Below, piece by piece: positions 26,418 through 35,873 of a stretch of 55,666 bases of DNA. The notes beneath the pieces are model-generated. The model worked only from the letters and a program-made list of their open reading frames with translations. It did not search any database and was not told the origin of the DNA. The stretch spans positions 1 through 55,666 of the IMG/VR virus record IMGVR_UViG_3300046791_000457. The stretch is one strand, 5' to 3'. Position numbers and translations under genes: made by a program. The stretch is from a virus (lineage: Duplodnaviria > Caudoviricetes). Position 1 is the stretch's first letter, and each line of letters begins with the position of its first letter.

Positions 26418-27932
26418 ATGAGCTTGTTTTTCCGCATCTTTCAGCACCTGCTGCCGGACTCTCTCGCGTGGCGCATCCGGAAGAAGGCGGCGTCCTGGAC
26501 CTATGGGGACGGCTCTCTCTGGGGAGCTCCGGGCCTGCTGTGGGGCGGCACCGACGACGGTCGGCACATCGACCGGTTCTTCCACGGCTTGGCGGAGTTC
26601 TTCACCGAGCCTCGCCTGTACATCGACCTGGTCCTGCTCGACCTATACCCGAGCACCACCCGCGAGCTCACCGAGTGGGAGTACCAGTTCGGCCTGACGA
26701 TGGCGGCGGTCGAAGGTGACCGGCGGCTGAACGTCGACTCCGCATGGAAGGCCCGCGGCGGCCAGTCCCCGCGGTACCTGCAGGACGTTGTCCGCGCCGC
26801 CGGATTCGACGTCTACATTCACGAGTGGTGGTCGAGCGGGCCCGCGCCCTACATCGCGCGCGACCCTCGCGACTACACCAATGTGCCGACGTTCGGCACC
26901 GTGCAGTGCGATGAGCCGCTGGCGTTGTGCGGCGAGCCGGATGCGCTCTGCAACAACTTCCTGGCGAACGAGCCCGGCTATCTCGTCAACAGCAACCTCA
27001 CGCCCTACGCGCCGCCGCCGGTGCCGAGCGACCCGACGAAGTGGCCGTTCTTCATTTACTGGGGCGGGCAGACCTTCGGCGATGTGGTGTTCCTCGACCC
27101 GGCGCGCCGGCAGGAGTTCGAGCGTCTGATCTTGAAGCTGTGCCCGGCGCACTGCTGGCTCGTCACGCTCGTGGATTACGGCGCCGTGCCTCTGCCGGCC
27201 GCCGCCGCGTTCCCTGACCTGTGGTTGCTCTGGCAGGGCGAGCTGGGCAAGACAGTCGCAGGCAGCGACGTCAACGCCTGGGACAGCACGGCCGGCGCGG
27301 CGCCGACGCCCATCTCTCTGATCTCTGGGATCTACGGGGACCCCTGCACGGATGGCGCCGACTATGTGCAGGGCGAGTATGACGGTGTGGATTTCCAGTC
27401 CCTCGCCGCGGATAGCGTCGATCCCGCGTTCGCCTCGGTGGACGACGACGCCTATGTTGCGGTGTGCATGATGGTCCCGGCGGCTGACGCCGATTCCGAT
27501 TCGACGTTCTGGCTATACGACTTGGTCGCCCCGGATCTTCCCGGGTTGGTCCTCGGATACCTGCAGGGCAGCGCGGTCGTGCTCCGCATGGACTCCTACC
27601 TCGCACTGGGCGACTTCACTCTGGCATCTCCCTATGTTGTGGCGCAGGTCCCGCAGGCGACAGGCTCGGTCTTCATCATCGAGACCTGGAGTGACGGCGC
27701 GTTCATCAAGGCGCGGATCAACGGCGGCACCATCTTCAGCGTGGCTTGGGTCGGGCAGAAGTGGCCGGCGACGTTCGATGGCTATTACACGTCCGCCGGT
27801 TCCGAGAGGAACGACAACATCATAGGCCGCTTCCACCAGCAGCTGATTTCACGCGGCTCGTACCCAGGCGACGGCGCGTGCGCGTCGTGGCGCGCCTACT
27901 GCGCCCAGCAATACGGATACGCAGGAGCATAG
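26418..27932 (+). CDS. Baseplate protein (Mu gp48/YmfQ-like N-terminus) with a long C-terminal extension
   Basis: FQHLLPDSLAW, TRELTEWEYQFGL, GGQSPRYLQ and LILKLCPAH motifs, then about 250 extra aa. Confidence 0.75.
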   Translation: MSLFFRIFQHLLPDSLAWRIRKKAASWTYGDGSLWGAPGLLWGGTDDGRHIDRFFHGLAEFFTEPRLYIDLVLLDLYPSTTRELTEWEYQFGLTMAAVEGDRRLNVDSAWKARGGQSPRYLQDVVRAAGFDVYIHEWWSSGPAPYIARDPRDYTNVPTFGTVQCDEPLALCGEPDALCNNFLANEPGYLVNSNLTPYAPPPVPSDPTKWPFFIYWGGQTFGDVVFLDPARRQEFERLILKLCPAHCWLVTLVDYGAVPLPAAAAFPDLWLLWQGELGKTVAGSDVNAWDSTAGAAPTPISLISGIYGDPCTDGADYVQGEYDGVDFQSLAADSVDPAFASVDDDAYVAVCMMVPAADADSDSTFWLYDLVAPDLPGLVLGYLQGSAVVLRMDSYLALGDFTLASPYVVAQVPQATGSVFIIETWSDGAFIKARINGGTIFSVAWVGQKWPATFDGYYTSAGSERNDNIIGRFHQQLISRGSYPGDGACASWRAYCAQQYGYAGA

Positions 27933-27939
27933 AAACCCC

Positions 27940-28674
27940 ATGCCGCAGAACCTCACCGACGTCGACGAGTTCACCGATCCAGTGCAGGTCGCGCTCAACG
28001 GCGAAGACGCGGACAACGACTCGCTGGAGCTGATGCTGCAGCAGTTCGCGAACCGCACCCGCTACCTCTACAACCTGTTCAACGGGTCGAACGTACGGGT
28101 CGGCAACGGAGCGCTCTCCGACATCACGACCGGCCTACTGAACGTCGCGCTCGGCGAAGACGCGGGCAGCTCGATCCAGGATGGCAACAACAACATCCTG
28201 CTCGGCGCCAACTGCAACACGCCCGCTCCGGACAGCGAAGACTTCCTGAACATCGGGAACACGATCTTCGGCGACATCGACGGTCAGATCGTGCGCATCG
28301 GTGGCGCCAGCGACGAAGAGGTCGCGGTCGAGGGCGCGCTGCAGCTGTGGTCGCACCTGCTATTCCTGGAGGATGCGAGCAGTCCGGAGATCTACCAGAC
28401 CGGCGCCGAGGGCGAGTCACTCACCATCCGCGCGCAGGATGGCGACGTCGAATCCGGCGGCGGCAACCTCGCCCTTCGCGGTGGGTCCAACGGCGCTGGC
28501 GATTACGGCACCGTGCAGATCTCGATGGCCACCGGCGGCCTCGCTTTCTTCGGCTCGGCCGGCACCACGAAGCAAACCGTCAGCGGCTCGACCGTCGACG
28601 GCACCGCTCTTCAGAGCCTGCTCGACGCGCTCGTGGCCTACGGCCTGATCGACGACGTCACCAACGATTCGTAA
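27940..28674 (+). CDS. Putative tail fibre/structural protein
   Basis: QQFANRTRYL fibre-anchor motif; GN-rich repeats; C-terminal LLDALVAYGLI. Confidence 0.65.
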   Translation: MPQNLTDVDEFTDPVQVALNGEDADNDSLELMLQQFANRTRYLYNLFNGSNVRVGNGALSDITTGLLNVALGEDAGSSIQDGNNNILLGANCNTPAPDSEDFLNIGNTIFGDIDGQIVRIGGASDEEVAVEGALQLWSHLLFLEDASSPEIYQTGAEGESLTIRAQDGDVESGGGNLALRGGSNGAGDYGTVQISMATGGLAFFGSAGTTKQTVSGSTVDGTALQSLLDALVAYGLIDDVTNDS

Positions 28675-28692
28675 CCCCCAGGAGAGACACCC

Positions 28693-29055
28693 ATGCGTCC
28701 GACCAACTGGCGAGCCCTCGCGCTCGCGATGCTGACCCTCGTCTTCTGCCAGACCCTGCCGGCTTGCGGCCTGTTCGGCCCCGTCGACTGGCCGAAGGTG
28801 GCGCAGTGCGGCGGGGAAATAGCCAGCGACCTGCTGGGCGTGGTGTCGCGCATCCTGCTGGTCGGCGCCGCAGTCGATGACCAGCTCCAGCAGCTCGCCG
28901 AGGAGCACGGCGCCAAGACCATCGCCTGCGTGGTCGATGAGGTGGTGAACACCTACCGACGCCCGGGCGCAAGCATGACGCCCGAGACCGAGGCGGCGGC
29001 CGCGCGCGGCGAGGCATTCCTGCTCGATCATGGGGTGGGGGAAGTCAGACCGTGA
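28693..29055 (+). CDS. Putative lipoprotein
   Basis: Basic N-terminus, hydrophobic stretch and LPA-C lipobox-like site; AGGAG RBS. Confidence 0.6.
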   Translation: MRPTNWRALALAMLTLVFCQTLPACGLFGPVDWPKVAQCGGEIASDLLGVVSRILLVGAAVDDQLQQLAEEHGAKTIACVVDEVVNTYRRPGASMTPETEAAAARGEAFLLDHGVGEVRP

Positions 29056-29807
29056 ACCTGGGCGCGCCGTTCACCTTCGCGCTGTGCGACCCGCAGCGCC
29101 TGGTCGAGCACCCGGACGACCTGTGGCATATGGCCCAGGCGCTCGAGGCGAACGCCGCGCACTGCGCGGACGCTTGGGAGCTGGCGCGCCCGGCGGTGGC
29201 GGTGGTCGACGACGCGCGGGCGCTGCCCGCGATCAGCAACTGCCACCCGGTGGTGCTCGTCGGCGAGCCTGGCCCGAGCGGCGTCCTGGCGATCCACAGC
29301 TGGGACTGGCTGCGCCACACCACGAGCAGCCGGGTGTTCGTGCCCAAGACGAGCGGCCTGCGAGGTGGGCGCCAGTCGATCTGCGAGGGAGCCGGCCACG
29401 AGATCCTCGAGGCCCTGGTCAACCCGCTGCTCAACCAGTGGCGGGCGCATCCCCAGGACCCGAAGGTGCAGGTGGCACTCGAGGGCTGCGACCCGGTCCA
29501 GGACACCTACGACGTGCTGGTGATCTGGCGCCGCGAGACCACGCGCTGGCCGGTGGCGAATTTCGTTCTGCCGGCCTGGTTCGACCACGAGGCCCCGGGC
29601 CCCTACGACCATGCGGGCACGCTCACCGCGCCCGGCCAGCTCGGGCCCGACGGGTACGCGATCCTGCGCGACCCGAAGGACGGCCGCACCTTCCCGGTGT
29701 GGGGCTCGCGCGGCATCCCGGGCGCCGACCGGCAGACCGCGCTGCAGCACCTGGCCGCCCGCACCCGGCGCCTCGGCGTCCTGGTCGAGAACCTGGTGGA
29801 CCCATGA
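29052..29807 (+). CDS. Hypothetical protein, possible metallo-hydrolase
   Basis: GHEILEALVNP...EGCDPV...VANFVLPAWF; coupled start. Confidence 0.6.
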   Translation: MNLGAPFTFALCDPQRLVEHPDDLWHMAQALEANAAHCADAWELARPAVAVVDDARALPAISNCHPVVLVGEPGPSGVLAIHSWDWLRHTTSSRVFVPKTSGLRGGRQSICEGAGHEILEALVNPLLNQWRAHPQDPKVQVALEGCDPVQDTYDVLVIWRRETTRWPVANFVLPAWFDHEAPGPYDHAGTLTAPGQLGPDGYAILRDPKDGRTFPVWGSRGIPGADRQTALQHLAARTRRLGVLVENLVDP

Positions 29808-30328
29808 CGGCCTGCGCCCACGACGTGCCGAGCGGGCTCTGGTGCCCGGACTGCGCGCTGTTCGCACTCCTGTCGCCGCTGGCTGCCGCTGCCTTCTTCC
29901 TGGGCATGCTGGTGAGCGGCTGCGGCAACGTGGCGCCCAGGGGCATCCAGTCGGTCCCCCGCGCCGAGCTCGAAGCCAAGCACGCCGTGTGGGTTGAGCT
30001 CGGCAAGCCGCCCTGTCGGGAGGAGCTCGACCTGCTGCTGGTCGTGGCCCAGGAGGACGAGCGGCGCGAGCGCTGCTGCACGCTCGACATGACGCCCGAC
30101 CAGATCCACTGCCGGGCGCACCCGCCAGGCTCATGCCTGATCCACTTCCGCCGGCGCGGCACGATCATCAAGCTGCGACCCGCGGCCGTCGTTTCGCCCG
30201 AGTTCATCCCGGGCTGGATTCACGAGTTCGTCCACTGGCTCAGCGGCTGCGCGCTGGGCGACGTCGATGCCGGTCACCAGGGCTCCCAGTGGGACGTGGA
30301 GTCGCGGCGCAAGCTGGACATGCCATGA
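29804..30328 (+). CDS. Putative lipoprotein with HExxH zincin motif
   Basis: Hydrophobic segment ending LVSG-C; IHEFVHWL...GH. Confidence 0.55.
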   Translation: MTACAHDVPSGLWCPDCALFALLSPLAAAAFFLGMLVSGCGNVAPRGIQSVPRAELEAKHAVWVELGKPPCREELDLLLVVAQEDERRERCCTLDMTPDQIHCRAHPPGSCLIHFRRRGTIIKLRPAAVVSPEFIPGWIHEFVHWLSGCALGDVDAGHQGSQWDVESRRKLDMP

Positions 30329-30648
30329 AGATCACCGACATCGAGGGCCGCTTCATCAGGCTCGGAGACAGACACCCGGAAGGTGGCCGTCCCATCGAAA
30401 CTGTCGAGGGCATGGCCGACGCCCACGCGGTCGGTTTTAGCTGCCCCGTGTGCCGTGGCGGTGATGCTGCCCACGAGATCATGATCGCTTTCGAGGGGCG
30501 CCTGACCAAGCAGGATGGCCTGGGCAACACGTGGCTGGTCTCTGGGACGTCGCTCGATGACCTGACGCTCAGCCCTTCCATCCAAGTCCGCTCTGCGCCT
30601 TGCCAGTGGCACGGGTTCGTGCGCAACGGCGCGACGGTGGATGCGTGA
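30325..30648 (+). CDS. Small Cys/His protein (DUF6527-like)
   Basis: FSCPVC...LTLSPSI...CQWHGFVRNG. Confidence 0.65.
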   Translation: MKITDIEGRFIRLGDRHPEGGRPIETVEGMADAHAVGFSCPVCRGGDAAHEIMIAFEGRLTKQDGLGNTWLVSGTSLDDLTLSPSIQVRSAPCQWHGFVRNGATVDA

Positions 30649-30824
30649 CCATCCTGCGCGCCGCCGCCCACGCCACCACATGGGGCCTGGCCCTGACCGC
30701 CAGACTGCTCGACGCGGTGCGCCTCGAGATCGAGTACCGGCTCGACGGCCGCGAGCGCGTAGCGCCCGGTCCGCTGCGACGGTCGGACGACGAGCAGCCA
30801 TTCGTGCATGGGGGACGACGATGA
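30645..30824 (+). CDS. Small hypothetical protein
   Basis: GTGA and ATGA overlaps with both neighbours. Confidence 0.45.
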   Translation: MTILRAAAHATTWGLALTARLLDAVRLEIEYRLDGRERVAPGPLRRSDDEQPFVHGGRR

Positions 30825-31615
30825 TGACCACGATCGCACTCAAGGCCCGGCTCGCCGAGTTGGGCTACTGGGATGGGCTGCTGGGCGATCCATCCTATGG
30901 ACCCAAGACCCGCCAGGCGGTCGCGCGCTTCCAGGCGCAGCACCTAGGCCCGGCCCGCGCGCCGCTGCGCGTGACCGGCCAGGTCGACGTCGGCACCGAG
31001 TGGGCGTTGGCGAACCCGACGGGCCCGGCCCAGCGCTCGTACCTGCCGAGCAACCAGATCCCCGCGGGCATCGGGCCCCAGCGCAGGCGCATCCTCGAGG
31101 TCGCGCTCGAGCAGCACGGGATCGCGGAGCGGCCCCCGGGCTCCAACCGCGGGCAGGTCCCCAACGGCGGGGTCGACAAGTTCCTGCCCAGCTGGGCGAT
31201 CACCGAGCCCGGCCCGGCCTGGTGTTGCTTCTTCGTATCCTGGGTGTGCAAGGAGGCGCTCGGCCGCTACCCGCTCGGCCGCGTGCAGGGCAGCTGCACC
31301 AAGGCCTGGAGTGCGGCGCTCGGCCTGGGCATCGCACAGCCGAAGACAGAGGCGGCGCGGCCGCGCCCCGGCGATGCCTTCCTGATCGCCCATGGCGCCG
31401 ACATGGCCCATATCGGCTTCGTGTACCGGGTGGCTGCCGACGGCAGCGCGATCAACACCGTCGAGGGCAACTGCGGCAACCGCGTGAAGGTGGGAAAGCG
31501 CTCGCTGCTTGACGCCTCGATCGCCGGATGGATCGACATGGTGCCCGACGAGTTGGAGCGCGGCGAGCTCGGCCTGGTCGAGGCTGGCGAAGTCGGCCGG
31601 GACGCGACCCGGTGA
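30821..31615 (+). CDS. Endolysin: peptidoglycan-binding domain plus CHAP amidase
   Basis: LAELGY...YGPKTRQAVARFQ...LRVTGQVD (PG_binding_1); AWCCFFVSW, HIGFV and TVEGN (CHAP). Confidence 0.9.
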   Translation: MMTTIALKARLAELGYWDGLLGDPSYGPKTRQAVARFQAQHLGPARAPLRVTGQVDVGTEWALANPTGPAQRSYLPSNQIPAGIGPQRRRILEVALEQHGIAERPPGSNRGQVPNGGVDKFLPSWAITEPGPAWCCFFVSWVCKEALGRYPLGRVQGSCTKAWSAALGLGIAQPKTEAARPRPGDAFLIAHGADMAHIGFVYRVAADGSAINTVEGNCGNRVKVGKRSLLDASIAGWIDMVPDELERGELGLVEAGEVGRDATR

Positions 31616-31920
31616 GCAACGCGCAGCAGCTGCTCGAGCGGCACCGGGAGCACGCGCTCCACGCCATCGCGGAGCGGTTCGAGGAAATCCTGCGGCTGGC
31701 TGGGTTCGACGTGAAGGACCAGGACGAGGCAAAGGCCGTGCTGCGCGACCTGATCGGGGAGCCGCTTCGGACCTACGGCGACGCCTGTGCCCACGTCCCC
31801 TTCGACGTCGACACCGCTGAGATTCCAATCCAGCCGCCCGAGCGCACGCCGAGCGGTACATGGCTCGGCCCCGACGAAGACACCCAACCGATCGGCTTGC
31901 ACAACAGGACGACCGAATGA
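31612..31920 (+). CDS. Hypothetical protein
   Basis: GTGA-coupled to the endolysin gene. Confidence 0.5.
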   Translation: MSNAQQLLERHREHALHAIAERFEEILRLAGFDVKDQDEAKAVLRDLIGEPLRTYGDACAHVPFDVDTAEIPIQPPERTPSGTWLGPDEDTQPIGLHNRTTE

Positions 31921-32432
31921 GCGACAGCACCAAAGACCCTCGACACATCCAAAACCGTGGCCCGAGCATCAGCCCTCCGGGGGCGATTCGGCTCGACCCC
32001 GATGGCGTGATCAAGATCAAGGCGACCCTGCGCAAGCTCGTCTGGTCTGCCGCATCGGCGATTGCGCTGCTACTGGGAGGCGCGCGCATCTACTACACCG
32101 AGGTCCTTCCTCGGTTTGATGACGCGGTGTCTGCAAAGGCGCTGGCTCAGGCGGCGAGCGACAAGGTGGACAAGCAGTCCGGGAAGCTCGATGTGCTCAA
32201 CACCCGCACAGCTCATCTGATGCGCGAGGTAGATGCCGCGTCCCGTGACCGCGACTACGTGCGTGCACGCATCGACTTCCTGGTCGAGCAGACCGTGATC
32301 GAGGCGCGCCGCAGACCGGCCGGACGGCAGGTCGTCGTCGAAGCCGCGCAGCGCGCGCAAGCCAACAACGCGACCAGTCCAGCCGCGACCCGCGCCCTGG
32401 CCGGGCTCGCCGAAGATGAACCCGAGGAGTAA
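31917..32432 (+). CDS. Single-TM coiled-coil membrane protein (lysis accessory candidate)
   Basis: LVWSAASAIALLLGGA TM segment followed by a helical region; lysis-region context. Confidence 0.55.
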   Translation: MSDSTKDPRHIQNRGPSISPPGAIRLDPDGVIKIKATLRKLVWSAASAIALLLGGARIYYTEVLPRFDDAVSAKALAQAASDKVDKQSGKLDVLNTRTAHLMREVDAASRDRDYVRARIDFLVEQTVIEARRRPAGRQVVVEAAQRAQANNATSPAATRALAGLAEDEPEE

Positions 32433-32437
32433 CCCCC

Positions 32438-32638
32438 ATGGACATGCAGACCCTCAAAGACGTGTTCGCCCTGCTCGGTCTCTTCTACGCGGCGCTGTCG
32501 GCCGCCGAGCCCATCCTGACCGCGATCGCGAAGCGCACCGCAACCACGGTCGATGACGAAGCGGTGGGCTTCCTCCACACCGCGCTCGTGTTCGTGCGTC
32601 AGTACGGCCCCAACTTCAACGGCAAGCCGAAGACCTGA
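32438..32638 (+). CDS. Holin-like small membrane protein
   Basis: 66 aa; hydrophobic N-terminus; 'IAKRTATTVDDEAV' motif of small holin-like proteins; GGAG RBS. Confidence 0.55.
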   Translation: MDMQTLKDVFALLGLFYAALSAAEPILTAIAKRTATTVDDEAVGFLHTALVFVRQYGPNFNGKPKT

Positions 32639-32640
32639 TC

Positions 32641-32883
32641 ATGCCGCGCCGCCCGCCACCCGCGCATGAGATGCAGCCGCGAGGGTCGGCGCACGACATG
32701 CAGCCGCGCGCATGCGCGCATGAGATGCAGCCGCGCGGCAACCCACATGAACTACCCGACTCGCTGCCGAACGAGGGCTGGTTCCTGTTCTACGGCTACG
32801 ACGCCAACGGCCTGCCGAACCTGCTGACCTACACCCCGGTCGGCGGCACGCCTGGGTACCTGACCTACAAGCCCGAGCCCTGA
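32641..32883 (+). CDS. Small protein with AH(E/D)MQPRxx repeats
   Basis: Fills the gap between the holin-like gene and the 992-aa gene. Confidence 0.5.
   Translation: MPRRPPPAHEMQPRGSAHDMQPRACAHEMQPRGNPHELPDSLPNEGWFLFYGYDANGLPNLLTYTPVGGTPGYLTYKPEP
32662..32742 (+). repeat. 27-nt tandem repeat, 3 copies
   Basis: GCGCA(T/C)GA(G/C)ATGCAGCCGCG core at 32662, 32689 and 32716. Confidence 0.85.
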
Positions 32884-32894
32884 GCACACACCCG

Positions 32895-35873
32895 ATGGCC
32901 AACAAGAACACGCATCCTACTGCCGCCGCAGCGCCGGTCGCGCCGCACTTCGGTGGCGACCCGGCCATCGTCGGGCAAGAGACGCGCGTCCTCATGCTCG
33001 GTCCGGACGTCGCGCGCTTCGACTTCCACACCTACCCGGCCACGCCCGAGGGTGCGGTCACGCTCGACGCGGCGGCCATCGGCGGGTACTGCTTCGTGCT
33101 CCGCGCGGGCGTGGATGTGAGCGAGGTCTGGAAGTTCGAAGGCACGCCCGGACAGAACACCGGGTGGGTGCAGATGGGCACCGGCGGCGGCGGCGGCGGC
33201 GCGGTCTCCAGCGTGTTCACGCGCACCGGCGCCGTTGCTGCGGCGCTGGGCGACTACCTGGCGAGCCAGGTCGAGAACGACTCCAGCGTGGGCGGCGCCA
33301 CGGTCGCGGCCGCGCTCGACCTGCTGGCGACTGCGGTCTCGGCGAAGGCGCCGGTCATCACCACCGACCCCGGCATCAAGAACGCTGCGGCCAGCCCGGT
33401 CGCGGTCATCGCCAACAGGCGCTATCGCACGGACGGCTCGCAGAACGTCACGTACTTGTTCCCGGCGAATCCTTCGGACGGTCAGATTGAGATCGTCACC
33501 TACGAGATCCTGCTGGGCTTCGGCGGCGTCACGACCATCGACTTCAACGGCAAGCTGCTGTTCGGCGTTTACCCGGTCGTTCCGATAAACGTGGTCACTG
33601 CGCACCAGCTCATCGCCGCGCTGGTGTTCTGCTTCGACGCCGACGCAGGTTACTGGCAGGTGCAGTCGAGCCCGCTTGAGTTCGAGATGTCCTCGGCCCA
33701 GCCGTCTTCGATCTACATCATCGACGACAACGGCAACGCCTTCTTCACCCAGGTGGCCCCGGGCGCCATCGTTGGCCAGCTGCTCAGTTCGAACTATGTG
33801 AAGGGCTCGGCATTCCTGCCCGAGTTCAACCTGCCCTGGGCCGACACGAGCGCGGACGACGTGACGGACACGCCGCTCGGGCTGAACCGCACCACACTGT
33901 ACACCGCGGACGGCACCGGGACGGGTGACCTCCAGACCCCGCTGCTGCCCATTCCGGACAACTCCGAGTTCGCGGTCAAGCAGCTCCCGAGCAGCACGGC
34001 GTCCATCGAGATCGTCGCGATGGACGGCTACACCATCGAGGATGACGACGGCAACCTCGTCAGCTCGTTCGTCATCCCGTACGACGCCACGAACCCGACG
34101 CGTCGGTGGAAGTCGAACGGCTCCAACAAGTGGCTGCGGGTGGACAAGCCCGAGGCGGCCGCGAGCGACACGCGGCCATGGACCTCCCTCGTGCAGCTGT
34201 ACGCAGGCGACAGCGGAGCCACGCTGGCATTCGGCACGCTGACCGTCTTGAATCTGGTGTCGGGCGACGTGGACATGTTCCTGCCCAGCATCGTGAACGA
34301 CGCGGTGCCGATCGGTAAGCAGGTGTTCGTGAACGTGCAGCCGGCGGCGCCGCCCAATCGCGGCATCGTGCGGCGCGCCGGCAACGACTTCCTGCTGAAC
34401 GGCGGTCTGAATCTCGGCACGGAGCTGGTGTGGGTCGATGCCACGTACAGCTTCACGTGCGCGGGCGTGGTAGCTCCTGGCGTCGGTGTCTGGCTCGTGC
34501 AGCAGATGAGCGGCGAGCGCAGCGATGAGCAGATCATCGTCACCGGGATCTGCGCGTCCTCGCCGCTTCCATCCTTCAGCGTCACCGGCACCGGCCCAGA
34601 CCGCACGTTCACCGCGGACGCTGACGGCCAGCTGGTGGTCGATGGGACCGCGCTCGGGCAGACGCAAACCGCGCACGGTTCGATCTTCCTATTCGGCCAG
34701 GTGGACGGCTCGCACAACGGGCTAATGAGCATCCTGAGCGGCGGCGGTCCTACGTCACGCTTTGTCCTGCGTCAGCACCCGTTCATGAACCGATACGGCC
34801 AGTCCGTGGGCGGCAAGGTCGTGGTGGTGCACTGGGTGGGGCACGCGGAGCACGGCTCCATCTTCGCGGCATCAACGGGCGTCAGCGACCCGACGAATGA
34901 CATGCTGTGGACGCGCGCTGGTGGCGCGGCCTCTGGCATCGCCGCGCACAACGCCGACGCGGCCGCGCACGACACCGTGGGCCTGGCGGCCGAGCCGACA
35001 CCGACGTCCGGGATGCTGCTGCGCATCCATGACGCGATCACGGGCATCGCCAAGAAGATGACGCTGGCGGTCCTGAACGCCTTCCTCGACCACGGCACGC
35101 TTGCCGGCCTGGGCGACGACGACCACACGATCTATCCGCTGGCGGACGGCACTCGCGGCTTCAGCGGCCCGGTCGTGGTCGGCACTCCCGTGCTCGGTCC
35201 GCACGCGACCAACAAGGATTACGTCGATTCGGTCGTGCAGGGCGTCGAGTGGCAGGACAGCGTGCTCGACCGCGACTTGACGGTGCCGCCTGTCGTGATT
35301 GCGGACCGCTACCTGGTGCCTGCGGTGGGCGCGACCGGCGCATGGGCGGCGCAGGGCAACAAGATTGCTGACGGGCGCACCGGCGCCTGGGTGTTCACCA
35401 CTCCCACGATCGGCATGACGGTCGCGGTGGACGACGAGCTGCGCAGCGTTCGCTGGAGCGGCTCGGCCTGGACGTTCCTCGAATCGTTCCTGTCGCACCA
35501 GGCGCTGGTCGGCGCCGGCACCAACACGCACGCGCAGATCGACACCCACCTGGGCATCACGGCCGGCAACCCGCACGGCACATCGGCGAACCAAGTCCCG
35601 TTCGCGGCCAATGGCGACATCACGTCGACGGACGTGCAGTCGGCGATCGTTGAGGTCCGCGATGACACCGATGTCAAGGTCGGGCTGCGCCAGCTCACCA
35701 GCCAGAAGGACCAGGCGAGCGGCTACGCGGGTCTGGATGGCTCTAGCAAGCTCAACGGGGCGCAGCAGAAGTATGGCACCAGCGCGAACACGGCGGTCGA
35801 GGGAAACGATGCTCGCGTAGTCGGCGCAATGACGCACCCGCAGGTGATGGCCAGGAGCTTCATCCTGTGCTGA
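32895..35873 (+). CDS. Large modular fibre-like structural protein with DUF2793-like domain
   Basis: VSSVFTRTGAV, DHGTLAGLGDDDH, HATNKDYVD, WQDSVLDRDLTVPP...GATGAWA and GYAGLDGSSKL fibre motifs. Confidence 0.75.
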   Translation: MANKNTHPTAAAAPVAPHFGGDPAIVGQETRVLMLGPDVARFDFHTYPATPEGAVTLDAAAIGGYCFVLRAGVDVSEVWKFEGTPGQNTGWVQMGTGGGGGGAVSSVFTRTGAVAAALGDYLASQVENDSSVGGATVAAALDLLATAVSAKAPVITTDPGIKNAAASPVAVIANRRYRTDGSQNVTYLFPANPSDGQIEIVTYEILLGFGGVTTIDFNGKLLFGVYPVVPINVVTAHQLIAALVFCFDADAGYWQVQSSPLEFEMSSAQPSSIYIIDDNGNAFFTQVAPGAIVGQLLSSNYVKGSAFLPEFNLPWADTSADDVTDTPLGLNRTTLYTADGTGTGDLQTPLLPIPDNSEFAVKQLPSSTASIEIVAMDGYTIEDDDGNLVSSFVIPYDATNPTRRWKSNGSNKWLRVDKPEAAASDTRPWTSLVQLYAGDSGATLAFGTLTVLNLVSGDVDMFLPSIVNDAVPIGKQVFVNVQPAAPPNRGIVRRAGNDFLLNGGLNLGTELVWVDATYSFTCAGVVAPGVGVWLVQQMSGERSDEQIIVTGICASSPLPSFSVTGTGPDRTFTADADGQLVVDGTALGQTQTAHGSIFLFGQVDGSHNGLMSILSGGGPTSRFVLRQHPFMNRYGQSVGGKVVVVHWVGHAEHGSIFAASTGVSDPTNDMLWTRAGGAASGIAAHNADAAAHDTVGLAAEPTPTSGMLLRIHDAITGIAKKMTLAVLNAFLDHGTLAGLGDDDHTIYPLADGTRGFSGPVVVGTPVLGPHATNKDYVDSVVQGVEWQDSVLDRDLTVPPVVIADRYLVPAVGATGAWAAQGNKIADGRTGAWVFTTPTIGMTVAVDDELRSVRWSGSAWTFLESFLSHQALVGAGTNTHAQIDTHLGITAGNPHGTSANQVPFAANGDITSTDVQSAIVEVRDDTDVKVGLRQLTSQKDQASGYAGLDGSSKLNGAQQKYGTSANTAVEGNDARVVGAMTHPQVMARSFILC

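Noticed and set aside
32662-32742. Mini-CRISPR array
   Set aside because: The variable parts are only about 7 nt, the unit is a multiple of 3, and no cas genes are present.
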